Virus record (IMG/VR): IMGVR_UViG_3300025871_000494
DNA length: 64,000 nt
Source of the DNA: an uncultured virus (IMG/VR IMGVR_UViG_3300025871_000494)
Lineage: Duplodnaviria > Heunggongvirae > Uroviricota > Caudoviricetes
Strand: one strand, 5' to 3'
Position 1 is the first letter of the stretch. Every line of letters begins with the position of its first letter. A model generated the notes under the pieces. The model did not search any database, was not told where the DNA came from, and saw only the letters and a list, made by a program, of their open reading frames with translations. Of the stretch, positions 41,188-52,331 are shown piece after piece. A program made the position numbers and the translations under genes.

Positions 41188-44087
41188 AATCTAGACCATT
41201 GCAACTCCATCTTCTTGCACAAGAAGACAAGTATACCTCTTGGCTCCAAGTTAATAAATGGAATTCAAGAAAAGAACAGCAGTTAATACACACTCTTAAA
41301 TCTTTATCATATCAACCTTTAATTAGTATTATAATGCCTGTATACAATGTAAATGTTTCTATTTTTAAACAGACATTACAAAGTATTTATGAACAGGTGT
41401 ATGATAATTGGGAACTATGCATTTGTGACGATTGCAGCACAAATACAGATTTAATAGAATTCCTTAATGAATTACAATTTAATGTAAAAATAAAAATAAC
41501 TAAGACTTCAAAGAATTCAGGAATTTCAGAATGTACTAATACCGCAATTACGCTAGCTAGCGGTGAATTTATTGCTTTTGTTGATAATGATGATATCTTA
41601 TCACCAGACGCTTTAGCAGAAAATATAATAGAATTAAACACACATAATACTGCAGATATTATATATTCTGATGATGATAAAATATCTGTTTCAGGTGTTA
41701 GATATGAACCGCAATTTAAACCCGATTGGAACCCAGAATTACTTCTTAGTTACATGTATATAGGGCATCTTCTAGTAATAAGAACTTCTTTTTTTAGACA
41801 ATTTACAGGTTTTAGAAAAGAATTTGATGGATCACAGGATTTCGATTTACTATTAAGATTATCAGAAGTAACAAAAAATATTTATCATATTCCAAAAATT
41901 CTATATCATTGGAAAGCAGTAGATGGATCGACTGCAAAAACTGCGCAAGCAAAACCAGAAAGTTTTATTGCAGGACAAAATGCTATAATAGAAGCATTAC
42001 AAAGAAGAAATATTCAAGCAAGTGTTTCTAGACCAAAATGGGCGGTAGAATGGAACTGCGGTTACTATGAGTTGCATTTTCCTTCTTCTGGACCTGCTGT
42101 TACTATTGTAATACCAACTTTTAATCAACATACCATTTTGGATAGATGCATTAAATCCATTATCGAAAAAACTCAATATTCTAATTATGAGATATTAGTT
42201 ATAGATAATGATAGCAATGACCCAAAAAGTTTAGATTATTTAGATAACTTGCCTTGCAGAGTTATTAAAATTTCGAACGGTGAAGAAAAATTTAATTTTT
42301 CTAAAATAAATAATGAAGCTATTAAACACGTTAAAACACCTTATGTATTATTTTTAAACAATGATACAGAAATTCTTGCACCACAATGGCTTAATCAAAT
42401 GGTAGGTTATCTTAATGTACAAGATGTAGGAGCAGTGGGTGCAAGATTAATTTTTCCTAATGGTTTAATTCAACATGCTGGATTAGTTCATGGGTATAAT
42501 AATGGTAGAGTAGAACCAGCATTTAAAATGATGAAATCAAATCATGGGACGTATATGGCATTTGAAAGATTATCTAGAGAATGTTCAGCGGTAACTGCTG
42601 CTTGTATGCTAACTAAAACGGATTTATTTAAGCAAGTATGTGGATTTGATGAAAAAAACTTTAGTGTAGGGTATAATGATCCAGATTACTGCCATAGAAT
42701 AGAAAAACTTGGATATAGAATCGTCTATAGTGCTAATTCTATCTTATTTCATCATGAAAATTTTACACGAAGAGTAGAAAAGTATAGTCGAGATGATATA
42801 CGAAATGAATTTACATATCGTCTTTTATATAAAGATTATAAAGATAAACATTATAATGCAAATCTATCGTTTAAAGATACAACATTTAGCATAGAATCTT
42901 CTATTGTAAATACTTCTAAAATACCTTATGCAATTAAAACATTAGGATTTGCATATAATCTTAATTTAGAAGGATCTAGCTATAGTAACTTTGAAATGAT
43001 TTCTGGTTTAAAAAGAAAACAAATACTGGATCCTGTAATATATTGCTTTCAAGATGGACCTCTTAGAAAAGAATACGAACGAGAAGGTATAGAAGTAGTT
43101 ATTAAACCTTCTCCGCTATCAAGAGGATTTTTTATAAAAGAGTATTTAGAAGGACTTGAGAATCTTAAGAGTTTAATTAAACAAATAAATCCAGAAATTA
43201 TTTATGCAAATACGCTGCAGATGTTTTATGGTATAGATGTAGCAAAACAATTAAATATACCTTCTATTTGGAATGTTAGAGAAAGCGAACCAATCTTTAC
43301 ATATTATACACATTTTGGTGAAGATATTCAACAACGAGCCTTAAATTGTTTTTACTATCCTTACAAAGTTGTTTTTGTTGCAAATTCTACTAAACACAGA
43401 TGTCTTCAGCTAGAAGCAAAAAATAATTTTACTGTAATACATAATGGTATTAATACCTCTAGATTTTCCGAATCGAATAATAGACAAAAAACTAGAGAAA
43501 AATATAATATAACAGACGATCAAGTAGTATTTTTATCTGTTGGTACAGTCTGCGATAGAAAAAATCAACTAGATCTACTGTTAGCAATAAGTGAACTACC
43601 AAATATCTATTCTAATAAATATAAAATTATTATTGCAGGAGATAGACCTTCTGGGTATAGTTCTATGCTGCATGATCTCATTTCAAAGTTTCCAAAAGAA
43701 AAAAGAGATAATATAATTATGTTACAAGAAACTTCTTGTGTTCAAGAATTATATGAAGCAGCAGATTGCTTTATTTTAACAAGTAAACTAGAAAGTTTCC
43801 CTAGGGTTATATTAGAAGCTATGCATTTCGATCTTCCTGTAATAACTGTTCCAACAATGGGTGTACAAGAACAGATATTCAATAAAGTAAATGGAAAGTA
43901 TTATCCATTATCAAATTCTAATGCACTTATGATTGAAATGGTTTCTATGATACTTAATCCAGAATTAAGAAGATATTATTCTACTAATACCCAAATAATT
44001 AAAAAAGGAATGACAACACATCAAGAGATGCTAGATAAGTATGCTGAAGTTTTTCAAGAAGCTTGGTTAGCTGGGGAATCTAGATAA
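41184..44087 (+). CDS. Tri-domain glycosyltransferase GT2-GT2-GT4
   Basis: ISIIMPVYN..DDCS..FVDNDD..GSQDFDL; VTIVIPTFN..FLNNDT..YNDPD; ESFPRVILEAM (EX7E). Confidence 0.9.
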   Translation: MKSRPLQLHLLAQEDKYTSWLQVNKWNSRKEQQLIHTLKSLSYQPLISIIMPVYNVNVSIFKQTLQSIYEQVYDNWELCICDDCSTNTDLIEFLNELQFNVKIKITKTSKNSGISECTNTAITLASGEFIAFVDNDDILSPDALAENIIELNTHNTADIIYSDDDKISVSGVRYEPQFKPDWNPELLLSYMYIGHLLVIRTSFFRQFTGFRKEFDGSQDFDLLLRLSEVTKNIYHIPKILYHWKAVDGSTAKTAQAKPESFIAGQNAIIEALQRRNIQASVSRPKWAVEWNCGYYELHFPSSGPAVTIVIPTFNQHTILDRCIKSIIEKTQYSNYEILVIDNDSNDPKSLDYLDNLPCRVIKISNGEEKFNFSKINNEAIKHVKTPYVLFLNNDTEILAPQWLNQMVGYLNVQDVGAVGARLIFPNGLIQHAGLVHGYNNGRVEPAFKMMKSNHGTYMAFERLSRECSAVTAACMLTKTDLFKQVCGFDEKNFSVGYNDPDYCHRIEKLGYRIVYSANSILFHHENFTRRVEKYSRDDIRNEFTYRLLYKDYKDKHYNANLSFKDTTFSIESSIVNTSKIPYAIKTLGFAYNLNLEGSSYSNFEMISGLKRKQILDPVIYCFQDGPLRKEYEREGIEVVIKPSPLSRGFFIKEYLEGLENLKSLIKQINPEIIYANTLQMFYGIDVAKQLNIPSIWNVRESEPIFTYYTHFGEDIQQRALNCFYYPYKVVFVANSTKHRCLQLEAKNNFTVIHNGINTSRFSESNNRQKTREKYNITDDQVVFLSVGTVCDRKNQLDLLLAISELPNIYSNKYKIIIAGDRPSGYSSMLHDLISKFPKEKRDNIIMLQETSCVQELYEAADCFILTSKLESFPRVILEAMHFDLPVITVPTMGVQEQIFNKVNGKYYPLSNSNALMIEMVSMILNPELRRYYSTNTQIIKKGMTTHQEMLDKYAEVFQEAWLAGESR

Positions 44088-45844
44088 TGTGTGGTATTGC
44101 TGGTATTATAGATTCTTCATTAACTAGTACTATCTCTTCTGACTTGATAGAAAAGATAAGTACTGCAATGAAACACAGAGGACCAGATTCTACAGGATCT
44201 TTCTATAAAGAAAATATTCTTCAAGTAATGACAAGATTATCTATTATAGATTTAGATCAAGGAGATCAACCTTTTCTTTCGCCTAACAAAAAATATGTTA
44301 TATTTCAAAACGGTGAGATTTATAATTATAAAAAGCTTAGGAAAGAATTAGAAGCACAGAATTATACTTTTGATACACATTGTGATACAGAAGTAATTTC
44401 TATTGGATACGAAGCTTGGGGTATTACAAAACTACTTGAAAAATTAGATGGAATGTATGCTATTTCAATTTTCGATACAGAATCTAATACTTTATATCTA
44501 ATTAGAGATAGATTCGGTGAAAAACCCTTATTTTATTGTATCAAAGAAAATAAATTTGCGTATTCTTCTTATTTAAAAACATTTAAGTATTTGAATTGGA
44601 TAGATTTTACATTATCTAAAATATCTTTAGTATATTATATATGTCTGCATTATATACCTGGGCAGTATACTATATTCAATTTTATCAAAAAGGTATTACC
44701 AGGTCATTATCTAGAAATTAAATTAGAAAATCTTTCTATTAAAAATATTTGCTATTATAAACCTAAGCTAGAAGTAGGAACTGTTAAAAAAGAAGAATTA
44801 TTACTAGATTTATTGCAAGACGCTGTCTCTTCAAGATTAGAAGCAGACGTACCAGTAGGTATTTTCTTATCTGGTGGTATAGATTCTAGCATAATTACAG
44901 CGTTGGCATCCAATATAAAATCTAATATCTCTACATTTTCAATGGGTTTTTACAGTAAGAATTATGATGAAAGTACTTATTCTAATCTAATTGCAGAAAG
45001 ATTTAAAACAAATCATACAAATTTGATGTTTAACGAAGATTCTTTTTTAAGTTTGCTATCAAAAGTAATTAAATACCTAGATGAACCAGTAGGTGATCAA
45101 GCAATTTTACCGGTATATTGGTTGGCGGAACAATGTAAGGGTAAACTAAAAGTTGTTTTATCAGGTGAAGGTGGTGATGAAATTTTTGGTGGTTATTCAT
45201 ATTATCCAAGATTTACAGTTGATTCTAATCTAAAAGATATATCTAATAGATTTATTTCTAAAAATTTTAATTACACTCCTTCTGGTTTTCCTCTTGTCGC
45301 ATCTATGCAACACGCATTTTCCTTATTAAATGAAGAATATATGTTCGATAAGGATTACTGGGAATCTTCTTGGATAGAATGGTTAAATTCCGCAAATGAT
45401 TCTATACAATATGTTACTTCTGCCGATTTAACAACATGGTTACCAGACGATTTATTAGTAAAATTTGATAGAATGACTATGGCAAATAGTATAGAAGGAA
45501 GAGCTCCTTTTTTAGATCCAAAAGTAGTAGAATTTGGTTTAAATCTTCATGCTGATCAAAAAATCTTCGGTACAGAAAAAGTAATTTTAAAAAATATCGC
45601 AGAAAAATTATTACCAGAAGATATAATTAAGAGAAAGAAGCAAGGATTTGTTCTTCCTATGGAAGATTGGATTACTTCTTTTTTTAAAACTATACCTATA
45701 CGAGAATTTGTAGAAGATATTAACTTTCCTTTTTTTAATACAATCAAGCTAGGTATGACAATAGGAACAAATCTTAATAATCCAAGATTTGTTTTTTCTC
45801 TTATTGTACTACTTTTATGGTATAAAAACTTTTTTCAAGAGTAA
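44087..45844 (+). CDS. asnB: Asparagine synthetase B-family glutamine amidotransferase (likely glycan amidation)
   Basis: MCGIAG, HRGPD, NGEIYN, RDRFGEKPL, LSGGIDSS, SGEGGDEIFGGY, R.PFLD. Confidence 0.9.
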   Translation: MCGIAGIIDSSLTSTISSDLIEKISTAMKHRGPDSTGSFYKENILQVMTRLSIIDLDQGDQPFLSPNKKYVIFQNGEIYNYKKLRKELEAQNYTFDTHCDTEVISIGYEAWGITKLLEKLDGMYAISIFDTESNTLYLIRDRFGEKPLFYCIKENKFAYSSYLKTFKYLNWIDFTLSKISLVYYICLHYIPGQYTIFNFIKKVLPGHYLEIKLENLSIKNICYYKPKLEVGTVKKEELLLDLLQDAVSSRLEADVPVGIFLSGGIDSSIITALASNIKSNISTFSMGFYSKNYDESTYSNLIAERFKTNHTNLMFNEDSFLSLLSKVIKYLDEPVGDQAILPVYWLAEQCKGKLKVVLSGEGGDEIFGGYSYYPRFTVDSNLKDISNRFISKNFNYTPSGFPLVASMQHAFSLLNEEYMFDKDYWESSWIEWLNSANDSIQYVTSADLTTWLPDDLLVKFDRMTMANSIEGRAPFLDPKVVEFGLNLHADQKIFGTEKVILKNIAEKLLPEDIIKRKKQGFVLPMEDWITSFFKTIPIREFVEDINFPFFNTIKLGMTIGTNLNNPRFVFSLIVLLLWYKNFFQE

Positions 45845-45848
45845 ATAT

Positions 45849-46652
45849 ATGAGTAATAAACCCGTTCATATTTGTATGACAACTTTCAATCGAATAGATT
45901 TCACTAAATTAACATTAGATTCTTTGGTAGAAAGTAGAAAAGTAGGATACCCATTTATTCTTACAGTTGTAGATAATAATAGTAAAGATGAAACTGCAGA
46001 GTATCTAAAAAATAAATGGAAAGAAGGAATTATACAAAATTTAGTATTATTAGAAGAAAATCTAGGTGTTGCTAAAGCAGCTAATCTAGGTTGGCAATTA
46101 GAAGATGATACTTATTATATTAAATTTGATAATGATATTACATTTAAAAATCCTAATTGGTTGCAACCTATGGTAGAAATTGTAGATAATGTTCCGCAAA
46201 TAGGTATTCTAGCATATAAATTTGAACAACAATCTTTTCCATTAAAAACTTTTGGTAATTATACAGTTCAACAAAAAGTTAATGGCGCTATCGGTGGTGC
46301 TTGTGTTTTAATACCTAAACGAACTCATGATACACTTGGGTATTGGAGAGAAGATTATCAAAAATATGGGGAAGAAGATGCAGATTTTTCTTTTAGGGCA
46401 TATTATGATGGTTTTATTCTAGCATATATGAAAGATAATCTAGGTATACATTTACCAGAAAATTTTGGATATGAAGCAGAAGTAGAAAATAAGCAGCAAA
46501 ATTATCGCGCATGGAAGGATATATGTAATACCACAAATAGACGTATATATCATGAAAATGTTATGGTATATTATAAAGATCCTAAAACTAGATATATTTC
46601 TTCTGCAATGCGTATAGAAGATTTTAAAGATAGAATTTATAAGGGTGAGTAA
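45849..46652 (+). CDS. GT2 glycosyltransferase
   Basis: TFNR...VVDNNSKD...KFDND...YGEEDAD; likely start ATG 45849. Confidence 0.85.
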   Translation: MSNKPVHICMTTFNRIDFTKLTLDSLVESRKVGYPFILTVVDNNSKDETAEYLKNKWKEGIIQNLVLLEENLGVAKAANLGWQLEDDTYYIKFDNDITFKNPNWLQPMVEIVDNVPQIGILAYKFEQQSFPLKTFGNYTVQQKVNGAIGGACVLIPKRTHDTLGYWREDYQKYGEEDADFSFRAYYDGFILAYMKDNLGIHLPENFGYEAEVENKQQNYRAWKDICNTTNRRIYHENVMVYYKDPKTRYISSAMRIEDFKDRIYKGE

Positions 46653-46654
46653 TA

Positions 46655-47614
46655 ATGAATAGTTCGTTTATATCCGCCAGCGCATTTCCTACTAAAATTT
46701 TACAGAATCCCATAATGCATGGGGATAAAATTATACCCTATCATGTACAACTATACCCAACAAATGTTTGTAATCTAAATTGTTCTTTTTGTAGCTGTGC
46801 AAATAGAAATAGAAAAGAAACTTTATCTTTAGAAGATATTAAAAGAGTTATGTCAGATGCTATATCATTGGGGTGTAAAGCTGTTACAATATCTGGTGGT
46901 GGTGAACCTACACTTCATCCTCAAATTAATAAGATATTAGAATTTTTAATTATCAATAAAATTTCTGTAGGTATGGCAACTAACGGTATTAGTTTAAGTA
47001 ATGTGGACAAAAATTTATTAGATTCCATGACATGGTGCAGGATTAGTCACAGTGATGATAGAACTTTTAATCCTCCATATAGAAATGTATTGTTAAATAT
47101 TATAGAACAATGTAAATATGTAGATTGGGGATTTAGCTACGTAGTTACTGCAAATCTCAATAAAGATACACTAATAAATATTATTAAAACAGCTAATGAT
47201 TATAATTTCACACATGTAAGGCTTGTATCTGATCTACTCGATTTAGATAGTACTCAAAGTATGAAAAATATTAAAGAATTATTACAAAAAGAACATATAA
47301 ACGATTCGCTTGTTATATATCAAGGAAGAAAAGAATTTACAAAAGGGACGAAAAAATGCTTGATTAGTTTATTAAAACCAGTTATAAATGCAGATGGAAA
47401 CATTTACCCGTGTTGTGGTGCTCAATATGCATACGATCCACCATCATTAGAATGTAGTAAGGTAATGTCTATGGGAAAATTAAGCGATCTAAAATTTATC
47501 TATGAAGAACAAAGATATTTTAATGGTTCAATTTGTTCCAGATGCTATTATAATGAATATAATACAATACTTGAAAAAATGACGGAACCTCTAAAACACA
47601 AGGAATTTGTATAA
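46655..47614 (+). CDS. Radical SAM enzyme with SPASM/Twitch-like C-terminus
   Basis: CNLNCSFC, SGGGEP, DGNIYPCC...CSRC. Confidence 0.9.
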   Translation: MNSSFISASAFPTKILQNPIMHGDKIIPYHVQLYPTNVCNLNCSFCSCANRNRKETLSLEDIKRVMSDAISLGCKAVTISGGGEPTLHPQINKILEFLIINKISVGMATNGISLSNVDKNLLDSMTWCRISHSDDRTFNPPYRNVLLNIIEQCKYVDWGFSYVVTANLNKDTLINIIKTANDYNFTHVRLVSDLLDLDSTQSMKNIKELLQKEHINDSLVIYQGRKEFTKGTKKCLISLLKPVINADGNIYPCCGAQYAYDPPSLECSKVMSMGKLSDLKFIYEEQRYFNGSICSRCYYNEYNTILEKMTEPLKHKEFV

Positions 47615-48333
47615 TGATTAATATTTCTGTTGTTACTCCTGTATATAATACTAAAGCTGAATATCTGCAAGAATGTTTTGATAGCATTTGGAATCAAACA
47701 TATAAACCTATTGAAAGTATTTTTGTAAATGATGGGTCTACTAGAGAAGAAACACTTAAATTTCTAGATTCTATTAGAAATAAAGAAAATGTAATTGTTA
47801 TTGATCAAGAAAATAAAAAAACAGCGGCAGCTTTAAATGCTGGTATAAGAATTATGAAGGGTAATTGGTGGGCCGGATTAGCTTCTGATGATATTTGGAA
47901 ACCATACAAACTTCAATTACAAACTACTTTAATTAACAGAAATGCCGAAGCTAAGATAATTCATGGTGATTTTGAGTTAATAGATGTAAATAAAAAAGTT
48001 TTAAGTATACATAGAGATCCAGTATTCCCTGATTTACGCCAACAGCAGAAATTTCTTATTGCCTCTTATTTTGGAATGTGGAGTAACTTACTTATAGCAA
48101 AAGAAGTTATAGATGATGTTGGTATGTTTAATGAAGAAGTTTTAGGTGTAGAAGATTATGATTTTGCTATAAGACTTTCTACTAAATATAGATATTATAA
48201 AGTTCCTGAGATATTAACTTCTTATAGAACACACCCAGAACAAAATACACATACAGATTTTGGCTATCAAGGAAAAATTGGTAGACAATACGATTTAAAA
48301 TGCCATCAATTAGCACAGAAACTCTTTGGTTAG
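47614..48333 (+). CDS. GT2 glycosyltransferase
   Basis: ISVVTPVYN, VNDGS, ASDD, VEDYDF. Confidence 0.9.
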   Translation: MINISVVTPVYNTKAEYLQECFDSIWNQTYKPIESIFVNDGSTREETLKFLDSIRNKENVIVIDQENKKTAAALNAGIRIMKGNWWAGLASDDIWKPYKLQLQTTLINRNAEAKIIHGDFELIDVNKKVLSIHRDPVFPDLRQQQKFLIASYFGMWSNLLIAKEVIDDVGMFNEEVLGVEDYDFAIRLSTKYRYYKVPEILTSYRTHPEQNTHTDFGYQGKIGRQYDLKCHQLAQKLFG

Positions 48334-48342
48334 GAGAATATA

Positions 48343-48912
48343 ATGATAAAGTTTTCAATTTTAGTTCCAACAGTTCCGAGTAGATTAACAACATTTTATC
48401 CAAGATTAATCAATAGTTTACAGGAACAAATCAAGAATAGAGATGATATTGAAATTCTTGGATTTTATGATAATAAAAAAAGATCTGTAGGTTTAAAAAG
48501 AAATGCACTGCTTAACTTAGCACAAGGTGAATTCTTAACATTTATCGACGATGATGATAGAATAGCAGAAGATTATATTCAATCTATTATGGATACTATT
48601 TATGCGAATCCAACCGCAGATTGCATAGTATTTGATTGTATTACAACAATCAATGTTACAGAAAAAACAACCTATTCAAAATATAGTAAAGATTTTGCTT
48701 ATAGTGAAGTAGGTGATCAATGGCGTGGTAAACCAGCACATACCATGGTATGGAGATCTTCTATTGCTAAAAGACATATGTTTCCTAATATTAATAACGG
48801 AGAAGATGTTAATTGGGTTGTTCGTGCATGTAAAGAGATTAAAAATGAAGTTAGAATAGATAAAGTACTTTACTATTATGATTTTAATTCACAATCCACG
48901 GAAACAAGATAG
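48343..48912 (+). CDS. GT2 (GT-A) glycosyltransferase
   Basis: SILVPT, KRN.L...AQGE...FIDDDD, GED..W. Confidence 0.85.
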   Translation: MIKFSILVPTVPSRLTTFYPRLINSLQEQIKNRDDIEILGFYDNKKRSVGLKRNALLNLAQGEFLTFIDDDDRIAEDYIQSIMDTIYANPTADCIVFDCITTINVTEKTTYSKYSKDFAYSEVGDQWRGKPAHTMVWRSSIAKRHMFPNINNGEDVNWVVRACKEIKNEVRIDKVLYYYDFNSQSTETR

Positions 48913-48914
48913 TT

Positions 48915-49814
48915 ATGAAAGTACATATCGTAACTGAAGGTAATTGGATTAAGAAGTTTTGGTCTGATAAGATATTAGAATATAATCAAACAGATATGAA
49001 TTATTCAGTATCTTATGGACAGAGATTTGATGTAGATATAAATTTTTATATTTGCTATAATGTATTTCTAAATTTTTCTCAAAAAACTAAAAGAGATATT
49101 GCATATGTAACACATATCCATGCAAATGACCCAAAAGAGCACAGCAAAGATTTGGGTGGTGCAGATTTTAATAGATTTAAACTGATGAATGCTTGGGTGC
49201 ATCAATCGCAAAGAAGCCTTCAACAGTTTCTAAATCTTGGATTTCCTCAAGAACGTAATTACAACCTCACTTCTCCTATAGAAATACATAAATTTAAACC
49301 TACTATTAAAATAGGTATTTTTCAGAATGGCGAAGTGGTGGGAAAAGGATTATATTTCATGCTGGATCTTGTAAATAGATTTAACTTGAGTAATTTTAAA
49401 TTTATCTTTTGCGGTAGAGGATGGGAAGTAGTTACAAATAGAATGAATCAACTTGGTATAAGAAATGAAGTTTATAGATACACACCAGATGAGTATAAAA
49501 ATGTAAAACAAAGTGAATTATACGAAAAGATAGATTTTCTTCTTATACCTTCGTTATGGGAAGGTGGTCCAGTAGCACCAGAGGAAGCTATGGCTTGCGG
49601 AATCCCTATAATAAGTTCAGATGTAGGATTCATTCCAGAATTCAATGTAGAATATATGTTTCCAGCAGGTAATATAACTAAATTAATTGATATTCTGGTA
49701 TCAATTGAAGATAAAGTACTTAAAAGAAGACAAAAAGTAGAACAACTTACTTATATTAATTTTAATAATAAATTAAAAGAAATTTTTAGTGAAATAATTG
49801 AAAAAGGATATTAA
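48915..49814 (+). CDS. GT4 glycosyltransferase
   Basis: [29 protein letters not shown]. Confidence 0.85.
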   Translation: MKVHIVTEGNWIKKFWSDKILEYNQTDMNYSVSYGQRFDVDINFYICYNVFLNFSQKTKRDIAYVTHIHANDPKEHSKDLGGADFNRFKLMNAWVHQSQRSLQQFLNLGFPQERNYNLTSPIEIHKFKPTIKIGIFQNGEVVGKGLYFMLDLVNRFNLSNFKFIFCGRGWEVVTNRMNQLGIRNEVYRYTPDEYKNVKQSELYEKIDFLLIPSLWEGGPVAPEEAMACGIPIISSDVGFIPEFNVEYMFPAGNITKLIDILVSIEDKVLKRRQKVEQLTYINFNNKLKEIFSEIIEKGY

Positions 49815-49815
49815 A

Positions 49816-50772
49816 ATGAATTCTGATAAGACAGCACTTGTAACAGGAGGAGCAGGATTTATCGGTTCTCATTTATGTGAATATCTGATAAGTCAAGGAT
49901 ATTATGTGATTTGTCTAGATAATTTTTTTACAGGTTCTAAGCAGAATTTATATAAACTTTCTGAACACTCTAAATTTGAAATTATTAGACATGATGTAAC
50001 AGAACCTATCTATTTGGAAGTAAATGAAATATATAATTTAGCATCACCTGCATCACCGATTCATTATCAATATAATCCTGTTAAAACAATAAAAACAAAT
50101 GTAATGGGTTCTATTAATATGCTAGGTCTCGCAAAGCGAGTAAAAGCAAGAATTCTTCAAGCATCAACAAGTGAAGTATATGGTGATCCGGAAATACATC
50201 CACAAAAAGAAGAGTATTGGGGTAATGTAAATCCAGTCGGACTCAGAGCATGTTACGATGAAGGTAAAAGATGTGCAGAAGCATTATTTTGTGATTATCA
50301 TAGACAAAATAATGTAGATATAAGAATAGCTAGAATATTTAACACATATGGACCTCGTTTCAACTTAGAAGATGGTAGAGTAATTAGTAATTTTATAGTT
50401 AATGCATTAAAAGGCACTCCTTTAGAAGTTTACGGAGATGGAAGTCAAACACGATCTTTTTGCTATATCAGTGATCTTGTTGAAGGATTATATAAACTTA
50501 TGCAATACCCAGAATTTCCAGGACCAGTAAATTTAGGAAATCCAAATGAGATGACAATACTCCAAGTAGCAGAAAAAATTATAAGATATACCGGGTCTAA
50601 ATCTCAAATTATTTTTAAAGAATTACCTAAAGATGATCCTTGTAGAAGAAAACCAGATATCTCTTTAGCACAAAATATATTAAATTGGTCACCAACAAAA
50701 TCTTTTGAAATAGGATTAAGCAGCACTATTTCATATTTTGAAAAACAATTAATATTAAAAGGTGATTTGTAA
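49816..50772 (+). CDS. uxs: UDP-glucuronate decarboxylase (UDP-xylose synthase)
   Basis: [50 protein letters not shown]; start ATG 49816. Confidence 0.9.
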   Translation: MNSDKTALVTGGAGFIGSHLCEYLISQGYYVICLDNFFTGSKQNLYKLSEHSKFEIIRHDVTEPIYLEVNEIYNLASPASPIHYQYNPVKTIKTNVMGSINMLGLAKRVKARILQASTSEVYGDPEIHPQKEEYWGNVNPVGLRACYDEGKRCAEALFCDYHRQNNVDIRIARIFNTYGPRFNLEDGRVISNFIVNALKGTPLEVYGDGSQTRSFCYISDLVEGLYKLMQYPEFPGPVNLGNPNEMTILQVAEKIIRYTGSKSQIIFKELPKDDPCRRKPDISLAQNILNWSPTKSFEIGLSSTISYFEKQLILKGDL

Positions 50773-51356
50773 TGAATGATAGTTTTATTTTTAATAATAA
50801 ACAATATCAATATCATACTCAGAGTAAAGTAGAAAGAATAGTAGAACTACCTATTATCTTTGACTACGTCCAACAGTTTAAAGATAAAAAAATACTGGAA
50901 ATTGGTAATGTTTTATCTAACTATTATACAATAACGCATGACGTACTCGATAAATATGATATCTCATCTCGTTGCATTAAACATGATATTGTTAGCTATT
51001 TAACTTCTATAAAATATGATTTAATTGTAAGTATCTCCACATTAGAACATGTAGGCTATGAAGCTCCGGAGATAAAAGATCCTTCTAAAATTAAAAGATC
51101 AATAGAAAATATAAAAGATAATTTACTTGCAAACAGTGGTATGTGTGTTATTACAATACCTTTGGGATGGAATAAGATTCTTGATGCACAGATAGATAAG
51201 AAAGAAATTATTTTTGATGAAATATACTTTATGAAAAGAATTGAAGAATATAAATGGATTCAAGATAATGATACCACAATTCTTGGAGATTTCTATGATA
51301 ATCCTTGGGGTTGTGGTAATAAACTACTTATTGGAATATTAAAAAAGGAGATCTAA
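50772..51356 (+). CDS. Class I SAM-dependent methyltransferase-like protein
   Basis: ILEIGN, YDLIVSISTLEHVG. Confidence 0.65.
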   Translation: MNDSFIFNNKQYQYHTQSKVERIVELPIIFDYVQQFKDKKILEIGNVLSNYYTITHDVLDKYDISSRCIKHDIVSYLTSIKYDLIVSISTLEHVGYEAPEIKDPSKIKRSIENIKDNLLANSGMCVITIPLGWNKILDAQIDKKEIIFDEIYFMKRIEEYKWIQDNDTTILGDFYDNPWGCGNKLLIGILKKEI

Positions 51357-52328
51357 TTGAAAACGTTATTTATTAACATGGCATGGGATGCAGCTGGATG
51401 TTCTTTTAAACAAGCTGAAGCTATTAACCTACATACTAATTGGAAAGCCAGACATTTCAGAGCAGTAAAAACTTTTTATAATACATTAGATCTCGGACCA
51501 GAGAATTATAATAAAGAAGAATTTATGCAACTAATACGAGAAGCAGATATTCTTCATTTTTGCTCAGCTACACACACGTATAATAGCCCACATAATTTTG
51601 GATTCGATTGGAATGATCTTGTAAAAGATAAAGTTAAGATTTTTCATGATTATAATAGTTTTATGGGAAGATGGAGCGAAAGAGCAGAAGCAAAAGATAT
51701 TTGGAATAAAAAAGAAGAGATAGGTTATAATGCAATCTTTTCATCTATCCCACAAGCTCTCCAAATTTATAAAGACTGTGTGTATATACCAGATGTAGTA
51801 AATTGTGACTCTGATGAATACTCATATACTAACATAAATAGAAAAGAAGTAATAATAGGTCATTTCCCTACGGGTGATCCTAATAATAAAAATACTAACG
51901 AATTACTCGCAGCTATTAATCAAGTGAAATCACAAAATAAAAATATTAAGGTAAATATTCATAGAGATTTAGCTAATAAAAGAATCATTGAAATCAAGAA
52001 AACATGTACTTTAGGATTTGATGCAATTTGGAGAGGTTTTCACGGCATGACTACTGTAGAAAATCTTGCGTTAGGAATACCTACAATGGTAAGTGCAGAT
52101 GGAAATTTTGAAGAAACTTTTAAAGAATTTCATAAAACTGATATTTTTCCTTTTGATCGTGTAAATAATATAGAAGAGATTAAAAATCAGATATTATATT
52201 ATTGTAATAATCCAGAACAATTAGAATATCGATCTAAAGAAGTTAGAAGTTTTATGGAAACTACTTGGTCTTATAAAAATATTGCAAATAGAATTGTTCA
52301 AGAATACGAAAAACTTTTGGAGAAGTAA
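51357..52328 (+). CDS. Putative GT-B glycosyltransferase
   Basis: IGHFPT....K.T...L, G..G...VE.LALGIPT; TTG start. Confidence 0.6.
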   Translation: MKTLFINMAWDAAGCSFKQAEAINLHTNWKARHFRAVKTFYNTLDLGPENYNKEEFMQLIREADILHFCSATHTYNSPHNFGFDWNDLVKDKVKIFHDYNSFMGRWSERAEAKDIWNKKEEIGYNAIFSSIPQALQIYKDCVYIPDVVNCDSDEYSYTNINRKEVIIGHFPTGDPNNKNTNELLAAINQVKSQNKNIKVNIHRDLANKRIIEIKKTCTLGFDAIWRGFHGMTTVENLALGIPTMVSADGNFEETFKEFHKTDIFPFDRVNNIEEIKNQILYYCNNPEQLEYRSKEVRSFMETTWSYKNIANRIVQEYEKLLEK

Positions 52329-52331
52329 TAA

